Assembly (NCBI GenBank): GCA_000002445.1
Contig: CP000068.1
Span: forward strand, 192,001 to 256,000
Source: Trypanosoma brucei
Taxonomy: Eukaryota
Length of the DNA stretch: 64,000 nucleotides
Direction: 5' to 3'
Position numbers and translations under genes: made by a program. Numbering within the stretch: position 1 is the stretch's first letter; each line of letters opens with the position of its first letter. Positions 35,491 through 45,968 of the stretch are shown here, piece by piece. Under the pieces are notes generated by a model. The model saw only the letters and a program-made list of their open reading frames with translations. It ran no database searches and was not told the origin of the DNA.

Positions 35491-37029
35491 TGGCACTGGA
35501 GCATTTCAGCCGTTACGAATCACTACTTTCTATTTTTTGTATGTGCGTTTTGTCGTTATTTCCCCATAGGTATTGCTTTATATTCTTTTCCTGCGCGTGC
35601 AACTTGTTGGATGTAGGTTTCGCCTTTTGTGTGTATTTATTTCCTATACGCATGCCGACGTACAAAGGCGTTCTCCACGTGAATTGTTTGAGGAACCTTA
35701 CCGCATTTGCATGGCATGTATATGTATATGGACTTTTCGATGCTCCAGCAGTAGCTTGTATAAACAATTAGGTTGCTTTGTATACCCTTTGTCCTCTTTA
35801 TCTGCGGTGTGCCTTTGTATACGTGCGTGGCATGGAAAGGGCGCTGTGCATAGCGTATTTGTATCTCTTTTCCACTTTAATTTTCTATTAATTAATTTAT
35901 TTTTTAAAAAAATTCTACTGTGTCGTTAACTATGTGGTGGCCGGCTCGGGGTTCTCGCCGTTGTGTAAATCTTCTCTTGTTGGGGCTCCAGCCTGTAATG
36001 TTTCGCCCTGCAGTGGCGGTATGTCCCTTTCTCTTTGCTTTTCTTGTCTTGTATTAATTCTCCGGTGCTCTTACAGCACATTTATGCCGTCCCTTGCCGT
36101 GGACACATGTATATGACAGGTATTTTTTTTTCTTGTCCCCACTTTTTCTAATTTCATATGCTTGTTTTGTACGCGCGGTCGTGGTGGGCGCGAATTCCCA
36201 CACCGCACTTGTCTCGGTTTAAATGTTGATTATAACTTCGTAACGTTTGGCGCGCTACTCGTAAGGGTTTTGTGCTTCCCTTTCTGTTTGATGTCGTTTC
36301 TTACCTAACTCTTATGACATACCTTGAGTGTATGATGGATATCCGTGGTTGTTGCTAACTTTTGCTCTTTATGTATTTTATGTATTTTATGTATTTCTAT
36401 TTTTTAATTTTTAATATTAAGGTTCTGTGTGCATTACTCTGATATCACTCCACCATTTTCGACAGCGAGCATCTGGCGGCTTGGACTACTTTTGTTGTTG
36501 TTGTTGGTGTCATCTTTTTCTTTTCTTTTTTTCCGTTTTCATTACATCTCTTCTTCTAGGCTATTTGAAGGGAATACACATCTGCAGGACTGGCTATATG
36601 TTATTGCTTAGGGCGTACGGGGCATAGGATAGTTTAGGATCTAATTTTTTTTTTTTTGCCGTAGCCTTTTAAACTGACGGCGATTTTTTTGAACCATATG
36701 ACAAACTTCCGTGTTTTGTTAGGGAGTGTTTGGTGACCTGACCGATTTGCATTTGGTGTTGAGCCGCTGCACTGCTGTGAACTTTCCGCATGTGACGGCG
36801 CCTCATGTTCAGAGATCGCGTAGCTGCAATAGTAATAATAACGATTATTATTTAATAATAAATAATAATAAGCGCTGCCATCTGATGTTGTGGAGTTGTG
36901 CTACGAACCGTCACGAGGCTGTTAATACAGTTGAGGTCATTAATGACTTTATACGGTGCCTTGTTTTCCCGCATATATCCGTGTGTGAGTGGTGAATTCT
37001 CTGAGGTGGTTATGAGGTAAATTCCAACA

Positions 37030-37128
37030 CCCCCCCATCCCCCCCCCCCAAAAAAAAAGAAGAGACGAAACCAAAATGGAACCTGGACAACGCGGTGTGT
37101 GTGTGTGTTTGTGTTTGTGTTTGTGTTT
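37030..37128. repeat. Low-complexity block: C7-A-C12 A9 tract followed by a (GT)n(GTTTGT)4 microsatellite
   Basis: Directly visible: acccccccatcccccccccccaaaaaaaaa ... gtgtgtgtgtgtgtttgtgtttgtgtttgtgtttgg. Confidence 0.9.
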
Positions 37129-38068
37129 GGATTCGATATCGGCGCGTGTGCCTGGAGATCATTTACGCTCTTGCCAAGTTATAGTAATTTTTTTTCGTTC
37201 CTTCATGTTTAATAAAGGTGTAAAAAGTTTGTTAATTTGTGAACAGTGCACGGTGGAGAGTGTATGATTTTGTTGTGTAAGGGCGCGGTGATATGTTGCA
37301 TGTTTTTTTTTTCTGTAGGCCTTTTTTTCAGGTGATGTGACCCACGGTAACGTTTGGTTTAAATTCCGTGCTTAACGTGCGTGTGCCAGCGACTATGAAC
37401 TTTGCCAGCTGCAAAAAAAAAAGGAAAAATGTGCAGCCCATGGAGCGGGTTCGCTTTTTCGTGTTGTGATGATGGTGGCATACGACATTCACAATTAGTA
37501 GTGGTGCTGCTGGCGCCTGTTGTATTGTCTAATTTTTGCGTACTCATAATTTCAAATACTTAATGAGTAAAAAGGACTTTGTTATTTTATGGGGGAGGGA
37601 GCTAATGTCATACGGGATGCTAATTTGAGGGGTTTATGTTATTTGATATCTCACCTTGAAAGGTTTATCACTATTTTGTGGTTTGCTTATTTTTCCAGGG
37701 GCTGCTGAGTTCCATTAGTCGGGTGCCTCAGTTTTTAATACATATCAAAATAATAAAAATAGGCATCCAATATATCAGGATGCGGTACAGTGTGGAAATA
37801 TATGATGTGGTACTTATGTAGGGTGAATTGTTCCGACGGTAAAGGACGGCAAAGCAATTCCTTTTTTGGACTTACACACAACCATTGGTTTGTTTTTGTT
37901 AGATTTTTAAACTCGCTAAAATTTGCGTTTGTGGTGATTGCGCTTCCTTATGTGGGATTTGTATTTGCGTTTTGTGCGCGTGTTTGGAATAGGAGTGCTT
38001 CCTTGTATACATATTTTTCTGAAAAGAAGACAAGTGACATCATTGTGAACAAAAAGACATATACGAAA

Positions 38069-39274
38069 ATGTTGGGGATGAGGAGTTACATCGTATTTGT
38101 TGCTGTGGTAACGCTGCAACATATCTGCGTCAATTCAAAGGCGCATGAAAACAACATTGTGAATGGAAAGGAATTTGAAGCACTGTGTGGCTTTATAAAT
38201 TTTGCACTGGATACACAAACACCACAGGATTTGGTGCTCAAAGTTGAGGAAGCAGAAGACAAAATCTTGAGTGACACGTTTGCAGCTGGGGGGGATGCGA
38301 AGGTTTCAAAGGAACTACAAGAGCTTAAACAAAAAGTGGAAACTTATAAGGAACAACACAGTGATTTATGGAGCAGCTCCACGCCAACTATTATCCAGAA
38401 AAGTTTAACAGAAGCGCTGTATGGCAACGGTAATAAGCAGGTTGTAGTCAAGCACGTGCAAGGCAACAGGTCGGACGTATGTGGCAGAGCTGGCGGACAG
38501 ACGGGAAAGAAAGCAGGTGAGACGTTGGCGCTGGATTTACTGTGCATTTGCGCAGCATCTGATCAAGATGAGGACGACGTTGTGACTTGCTGTAATGGAT
38601 GCAACACCACTCATGTAGGGGTATGGGAGCCCCAACAAAACTCTCCCGCTCACTGGAATTTGCTCCACCCTAAGTGCAGCAACGTGAAGAGAGAGAAAAC
38701 TCGGCCACTTCAAGTGCTCTCAGCAGCGCTTCGTTTTTTTGTCAGCACCCTCAACACAACGTCAAACTCTTCATCAGGTCCCAGAAACTTACTGGGTGCG
38801 CACGACGGGAGCGTAGAGCACGGTTGCAGCGGAGGAATCTTGGACGGACATGGCCGATGCGTAATATATCTCCCAAGACACGTCAGTGGAAGTGCGCCAA
38901 CAATTCCGTGGTATCTAAAGTTGCAAGAAGCCGCAACCAAAATGGAAGAACTAATCCAAGCCGAGGAGTACCTCGTGAAGATTCAAAACCAAGTAAACGA
39001 ATTGAAGAGGGAGGCACGACCTGTCCCAAATAATTCAAGCGAAAAAGAGAAGGACGAATCCAATAATACTGATGATGGACTGGAGGGGAAAAAACCGACT
39101 ACGTCTTCTAAAAGAGGATGCTCTGGTTTCGAAAGCAAGGTGACTTGCCTGCAACAGAAGCCGCGGTGCGAATGGAATGGGACTGAGTGCGTGACTTCTA
39201 TAAGGAGATTACTCACCTCCAGCGGTGTAAGCCGCCTCCCAGCACCACTTAAGTTATTTTTTCTAGTTTTTTAA
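38069..39274 (+). CDS. VSG-related / atypical variant-surface-glycoprotein-like protein (401 aa from the ATG preceding the signal peptide; the ORF is open upstream to 37790)
   Basis: Signal peptide MLGMRSYIVFVAVVTLQHICVNS. The N-terminal domain is rich in helix-forming heptad-like segments (KELQELKQKVETYKEQ...) with paired cysteines. The C-terminal region has a VSG C-terminal-domain-like cysteine/tryptophan motif (KPRCEWNGTECV) and a short hydrophobic tail (GPI-signal-like, weak). The canonical VSG 3'UTR 16-mer is absent downstream, so I call it VSG-related rather than a bona fide expressed VSG. Confidence 0.55.
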   Translation: MLGMRSYIVFVAVVTLQHICVNSKAHENNIVNGKEFEALCGFINFALDTQTPQDLVLKVEEAEDKILSDTFAAGGDAKVSKELQELKQKVETYKEQHSDLWSSSTPTIIQKSLTEALYGNGNKQVVVKHVQGNRSDVCGRAGGQTGKKAGETLALDLLCICAASDQDEDDVVTCCNGCNTTHVGVWEPQQNSPAHWNLLHPKCSNVKREKTRPLQVLSAALRFFVSTLNTTSNSSSGPRNLLGAHDGSVEHGCSGGILDGHGRCVIYLPRHVSGSAPTIPWYLKLQEAATKMEELIQAEEYLVKIQNQVNELKREARPVPNNSSEKEKDESNNTDDGLEGKKPTTSSKRGCSGFESKVTCLQQKPRCEWNGTECVTSIRRLLTSSGVSRLPAPLKLFFLVF

Positions 39275-40499
39275 ATACCCCTTAAATCTTAAAATTACAA
39301 CTTCACATAAACTTAGCATTTCTCCCCCAACCCGACCCAACCTTACCGTAAAGACTCTTTTTCTCTCCAACAACAACTGTTTTATTAAACTCACTTAAGG
39401 AAACACGCATCTTCCAGATTTTTTTCAAAGATTAAGTAACTCAACATATGTAAGGCAGGCATGCTTTTTATGCGCTTTGTGGGTGCGCGGTGTTCGTTCC
39501 GCCTTTCTTTCGTACGTTTCTCCGATTAGTGAAGAAACCAACTCACTTTCCCCCTTTGCTGTGTTTCCAACAACTCTCTATCGCTGCGATGTTAATCCTA
39601 CAGAGCAAATGGTGATGGTGGTGTGCGCGGGGCCACTCGCTCTTGGTTTCTTGGAACAACCTTGTTTTTCACTCTCGGCAAGGAAGAAACACTTTCCCAT
39701 GCCCGCTGTATTTGCTGTTTCCCACCAAGTTATTCTTCGGAGCGCCTTCGTGTTGGAGTTGTGTTCCACTTCCAGAGCTATCGACAAATGCTATTCCCAA
39801 ATCCGCGTATTCAAGGATAAAGGGGATATTTTCTTTGCCGAAAGAACTTTTTCTTGGTGACATGAAGCACCCAGAGAGTACCTTGATATGCGCATTTCGT
39901 GTTTGTAATTGGAGGGGAAAGGGCTTCACTCAATGGGGGAAAAAATTTTCCTCTGCTCATTCTTTGGTTTATTTTGTGATGTCTCTCTGTACAAATGGAA
40001 AAAAAACTTTCTTCCTTTGGTGTACGACACTATCTTTTGTTTGAGAGCAAACATGGAATGTGACATTGTTGCTTTTCACGCTTTTTGTGCGTGTTTCTAC
40101 TAGGCTACGGAAGGAAGCAAATGTGACAATGTTTGTTGCACCGTTATTTGTGTAGGGCGACTGTCCGACGAGGTGGCTGGGAGGAGAGTCGGATTTGTGT
40201 TCAGTGTACCTGTGTATGGGCTCTTACCGCCTTGGCTGCAGTTTGTGGCGAGACGGCTGCGGCTCCCGAAGTCGTTCATGCGGTAATGCTCTCTTAGCGC
40301 TAGTTTATTCCGTGTGTTTGTTGAAAAACCGCCCGCTGTGCCAAACTCACGGGGGGAGGCTGTTTGTTTGTAGATTTAATCTATCCGCTCGTCCGTTGGA
40401 TATCTGCGGAATTAACCCTAGTTTTCTTTAAGTTCACGTCTCAAAAGCGCTCAGCTCTTTTGCGCCGTCATTTTGCCCACTTAAGGTATTAAGACCGTT

Positions 40500-43400
40500 G
40501 TCGCCATACATACCCGGATCCGCGGTATCACCTGATTTGGTTGCAGTTTTTGATATCGCGGCTTCGGTTGGTGCAGGTTCTCGCTTCTTGCCGTCTGGAT
40601 TTTCGTGCGTTTTGTGGGAGAAAGATACTGCACTTACATGTTTAACTCTCAGTCTTTAGGTCGAATGGTTTGAGTGTAAAGCGTGGCAACCACCCGTAAA
40701 ATAGCAATCTTCTTTTCGAGGCATTTTCTACCGCGGATTCTTCACGTAGTGATTTTAGGGATGAGGCATTACAGTGGGTGCGGGGAAGATTCTTCGGCTT
40801 CTACCCTTAGATTACTGCCCCACTTTTCTATTTTGTGTCCGTCCTTGTGCTGCATATGTCTGGTGATGGCACCTTATTCCACGCGTTCCGTTGGGCAATG
40901 TTGGGTGTTGAAGAATCCTCGGAGTCAGGTACCTTATTGGAAATGTTATGTCATTCATATCTGTTTTTATTGTATCCTCCTGGTGCGTAGGATGATTCCC
41001 GGAATATGAACGCACAGCTCATCGCGCCATCCAGTTTTGTGCTGCATATTCTCTGTCCTTCAGTTGGTCCTTTTCGCACATTCTTCCCTGGTTCCCCAAA
41101 GGGGGGGGGGTTAATGTTTAATGTTTTCGGTTTCTTTCTCTCCATCCTCTTTGTTTTTTTTCTGCGCTCCATTTTCCTGGGTGACTTTTCCTTTGTCTTT
41201 GCCTTGCCCTTCCCTAATTCGATGCTAATGTTCTTCCGGGTTGTGGAGTTGCTTTTTTATGCATCTGCTACCCATTCCAAACAGACTTGGCTGTGGTATA
41301 TCGGACGTTCCTACTTGTGATTTGTGTCGCCAGGTCATATCCTCTTTGCTTTCCGGTGTGTTGCGCTTGCGCCTCGCCAAAGTCCTCTCTATTTTGGGTA
41401 TTTCGGAACATACTTGGTAACTTATTTCGTCCTCTTCATGCAGCAGCCCTTTCGGCATTCTTTGGTTCTTTCTGCTCGGCTTGCGTGGCCTACGTCGGTG
41501 CATTTTCTTAACCATCCAATCAGTCGGTACTCCTGGGGGAGGGGGGGGGGCGTAAAGGAGGAAGTTTGACCATATTTATTATTTTTGACATTCGGGCAGG
41601 CCCCCTGCTCGTTCCCGAAGGGGTGCTCGGGGGGATATCTGAAGCCCGTGGTTGTACGTGTTCCCATAACGATTCCCCTCGTTCGGGAACTCACATCACA
41701 AACATGGCGCCTGTAGTTTCTCTTGTACGCTTCCGGAGCTTCAGTTTTTTTTTTTTGGGAGCGCCTCCTGTGCTCTTTTAAAAAATATTTCCCATCGAAG
41801 CGCCCTTATCGCATGGTTAATAGCCGAGCCGGTGTATGGCAGCTGAACGTTGCGCACTTGGCATCCGGCTGGGTCATTATATCTTACAACTTGTGATGAT
41901 GAGGGCCTCTAAGGGGAATGGCTATACTTCCAAGGGGGTTTCCCGTCATATGCGTTGTTGAAGCCTGTTTAACTATGGACCCGCTGCGCCGTCCATGCTT
42001 CATGCCCTTTACCCCTTTCATTTGCTGCTACAACCTAATCGAAATGCTTTGATATGTTCGTCCGAGAATGAGTCAATATTTTCTGTGTTACGAAGGAAGC
42101 AATCTCTTCCGGTAAGGCGAGTTTGTCGTACGAGGTCGCATCCCCATGTTTTATCGTTTTGGTTGTTCTCGAATTTGTATCTCATCATTTTTTTCTATAT
42201 CTCCCCACAGCGGTAATAACGAGTGACTTTGCATTGAGCAATGTTGTAGCGTGGGGTCGCCTCTTCTGCCCGCTTCACCGTTTTCATTTTTCCCCGCGGT
42301 GTGAAAACACGAATAGGAAAGTTGCCATTGCTTATCTTCCAGTAAATTCTATAGTATTTTTCCATGTGGGTTGCAACATTCCCCTCCCTTAATTTTGTGG
42401 TGATCGTTCCAAGAGTGGATAAAAGGGTGGATGCGTCGACGAATACTGTCGCCTGCTTGCCCGATTTTCGGCCATTTCCTCAAAATATGGTGGAGTGCTT
42501 CCAGCCCACTCTCTCAATTATTCACGTTTTTTCAGCTCCTATGATACAGAACCTCTCTGCCCTATGGATTCGCTTTGACACCGGGCACCCTTCTGGGTAA
42601 AGTTGTGTTTGCGATTGCTTGAAGATATCTGCTTCTATTTGGAGGAAAAGGTGAAGGTTCGAAGCTTTCCCGAGTCCGACGCCCGTTATTGGCACGCGAC
42701 TCGCATATTTTCATATGTTTTCCCTTTTCGCCAGCTTTCCTTCCCGACTTACTCTGCGCAGCTCCTACCCTTTTGCGTTCTTGAACATTCTGGTCTGAGG
42801 CTGACGCCAAATGCAGCCAGAAGTTAAGCTGTAGTATAATTCCTCCTGTATAACACAGGGGCGATGTGAATTGATCTTAGTGGCTCCCCCTTCAACCCCT
42901 TTGCAGGGGGTTGAACGGTTCTCAGCTTTGGCAGCTTCTTTTCTGAATCCGCCATTGTTTTTTTTGCGCTTCTCTACCCCTTCTTAGTGCTAAATGTGAA
43001 AACCAATAGCTTCGATTCCTTTCCGTCGGTTTTTCTTTTCCGTCTGTGTGGAGGTGGGAGATGCCGACACGCGCAATCCTGAGGCATGCGTATTCCATTT
43101 TGACAACCGACACCCCCAAATTATGTTGTTTTGATCACCGTGTAACACAGTCAATTCGTTGCCGTGGCATTTTCTTCATATATTCTAAGCCTTTGCTGGC
43201 GCTTCCTATGGGATCGCTTGCAAAGAATCTGTGCCTAATTCCTGTTGTTTTATTTTTCGTTTGGCCGAGGGAGTTTATTTTGAGCATGAACAGTATTTAT
43301 CCTAAGTTGCTTTGCGATTTTCCGCACCTCAACGATATAGTTCCTAACCGCGTTTTGTCAATCCTTGCCTTGGGGTTCCAACCGTATGGGAACTATCCTA

Positions 43401-45200
43401 TCCATCTCGTTAGGTGGGACGCGCTTTGCGGCGATTCAGTTCCATGATGATACGCTCATGATACACCGGGCAGAATGTCCTTTCATAATACACAAATGCC
43501 TACGGTACTTCCTTTCCTTTTTGTTACCGCGGTTTCCCGCACTAGATAGATGCCGCTGGGGAGTGGTGCCTGGGCCCTGGTTTCTGTGGCTGCAGTAAGT
43601 TTCCCGGGCGAACTTTCAACCTTCTGATAGCAGCTCTTTCCACTTACTTTCCGAGGGCGTCCATAAGGATCGCCAGGCGGGGTGATGCCACCTGTGTTGC
43701 AGGATCGCTCGGCTGCAAGGTTGGTATTGTAACGTCCTTCTTCCACTGTTTCGGTATTTTTGACACGTTTTATACGGTGATTGCGCATCCCCACTGGGCA
43801 TTGCTTCCTTTCCCCTGCTATGCTTCTGCAACCACGGTCCCTGTGCGTAAATTCATCCAGCGCCAACTTCAGCTCCCCCATGGTAAATGGTTTGGGGTGG
43901 CAGTTCGTCACTCCTGGAAATCCTGTCTTCAGAGCCTCTGACATCTTTGTGAGCCTCTTCTCGCATATTTCTGCAGTTGCATTTTCCCGCATCTCTCTGT
44001 GAGTTGGTGCTTTCTGGACGCTATAGAAGAAGCACCCAATGGCCCTGTTTCAAACATTGCATTTGCCGGATTCCGTCTTGTTCCCTTTATAGTCCTCTGA
44101 TTCGATATCTATCTCCCTCCGCTTCCTTAGGACCACTTCTCCAATCACACTTCTTATGTTACGTCTTTTTGCGACTTTCTTCCCTTGTTCTTGCGCTCCT
44201 CCATTCCATTCTCCGGATTTCTTGAGTCTCGCCTCCGATAACGCGTCAGCTGTCTGCTTCTCTCCGGGCATGTCCTTCCGCGTTTTGCTTTCCTCGTGAT
44301 TATGCGGCTCCGTCCATTCCATCCGCAGCTATCGCCTGTCGTCTGTATCTTTTCTTCAGCTGCTGGGCGCAAGTTTTTTGGCGGTTCGTACGGGCAGCTT
44401 TATTTAGTGCGAAAAATGCGTGGTAGCGGCGGCAAGAACGGACTCCCTCAATGCCCGTGCCGTTGCTCACGTCGAACTTGACCTAACAGCGGTCACTGCC
44501 TGGACCCAGTTTCAGGACTGAGCCGGGGAGCCCGTGCTCCCTGAACTTACTACCTTGTAGTTGCAGGCACCGTTCGGGATATTAAAACGTTTTTTTAATC
44601 CCCGTAAATAAGATGCTGTAAAAATACCGTTCCGAGCACCGATGCACGGCGCAGTCTTCAACTCTGTCTCACCAGGTATGTGAGTTCCGTTCCCAATCGT
44701 GAGAGCTCATGCCCGCACCTACCACCGGCGCAACTTCTGGTGAGCGCGGTGCGTTTGGCGTCGGAAAACGTATGAGGGGTCGGGGAAGTGCTGCAATACA
44801 AGTGTGGTTCCCATCTTTCTTACGAGTGTACGTGCGGGTGACGTTGGCTGGACACCTTTGTTATTTGTGTTGCTGGAGGGGGAGAGGGTAAGGGGTTGAC
44901 CGTGGGGTGTGTCGGTGATTTTTCTTTTTGCAGGGACCGGTCGGCATGTGCTTCTGTGGCCCAGCAGTTTTTTTTTTGAGTTCGGGACCCCCACTTGATG
45001 CAAATGCCCGTTGGTGCCGTTGGACCATGTGGCGATTTGTGAAGGGGGCGCTGCGTCATTATTGTTGCTGGAAAAAGGGTGGTGTAGAGACGGGGGGATG
45101 TGGGTGTTTTTTTCTTTTCACAGGAGTGCAGCGTGCGCCAGTGAGGTTGCATCACTGAACGCGGTAGAAATTTAGCCATGCTGATGGTATTCCGTACGAT
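40500..45200 (-). mobile_element. Degenerate non-LTR retrotransposon (ingi/DIRE-like) remnant; boundaries approximate
   Basis: The ORF 43483..43992(-) encodes an RT domain-0/1-like segment (KPFTMGELKLALDEFTHRDRGCRSIAG, compare FTxEEIxxALKxLKxxKAPGPDGI). Adjacent - strand ORFs (44050..44322, 42562..42810, 41225..41515) are basic and K/R-rich, without continuous frame. The whole 39.3-45.9 kb interval lacks any intact gene. Confidence 0.3.
43483..43992 (-). pseudogene. Reverse-transcriptase fragment of the degenerate retroelement
   Basis: See the mobile element above. The ORF is isolated and flanked by stops in frame, with no start context. Confidence 0.3.
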
Positions 45201-45968
45201 GGGTGCGTATGTGGTGTGCCCACTGTTTTCGCTTCAAGACCGCCGCTTGTTTCGCTTGCATTCTTTTCGTTGGAACTGAGACACCGGACGCTTTTGAACT
45301 TGAGATACGGGTCCTGCATATGACGACCGCTTTGTTTTCGTCGAGCTACTTGATTGTCTTTCCATTGTGCGGTTGTGCTTGTGATTTTATTGACATGGGG
45401 GAGAAACGCTTTCCGGACAGGTGATAGGTAGGACAGCGCCCGTGAGTGAGAGTGCGGAACCATCCGTTTTGAGGTATTCCTTTTTTGTTTTCTAAAAGAA
45501 ATTGTTTTTACAGTTCAACAGCCGGTGTATTTTTGCTGTGTATACGTTCGATTACGCTGGTGGGAGAGGTGTTTGAGTCCATATAGTGCTGGTTGTTTGA
45601 AGTTCTTGTGCCCTAGCTCATTGTTTTCCGTAGTCGAAAATGTTCAGCGGGGCTTCCAAACTGAAAAATGAATTTAAATTGTCTTATTTTTTCTATATCA
45701 TGTCTGCTTCAAAGTTCACATTGTGCCGCTGGAGTTTTCACCAAACCCTTCCCTTGCGTGTGCTGGAATTTAACCTGTTTCGAGTTAAGCCATTTAACGC
45801 GTACATTGCTTGTCGGGTGTACGATGGATGAATAATGTGACAACTCCATGTAGTGTTAGTTCCCCAACGCATAATCTATGCTGTCGCCAAACACCAGTAT
45901 TCCAGTTTGTACTTCATTGCCATTTTAATAGTTGCTTAAATAGTGGTTATACGAAGAAGTTATGAGGA

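Noticed and set aside
37790..38068. Upstream in-frame extension of the VSG-related ORF (MWKYMMWYLCRVNCSDGK...)
   Set aside because: It is non-protein-like, Phe/Val-rich and T-rich-encoded, and it precedes a textbook signal peptide that starts at the internal ATG 38069. It most likely represents 5'UTR or polypyrimidine sequence that happens to be open.
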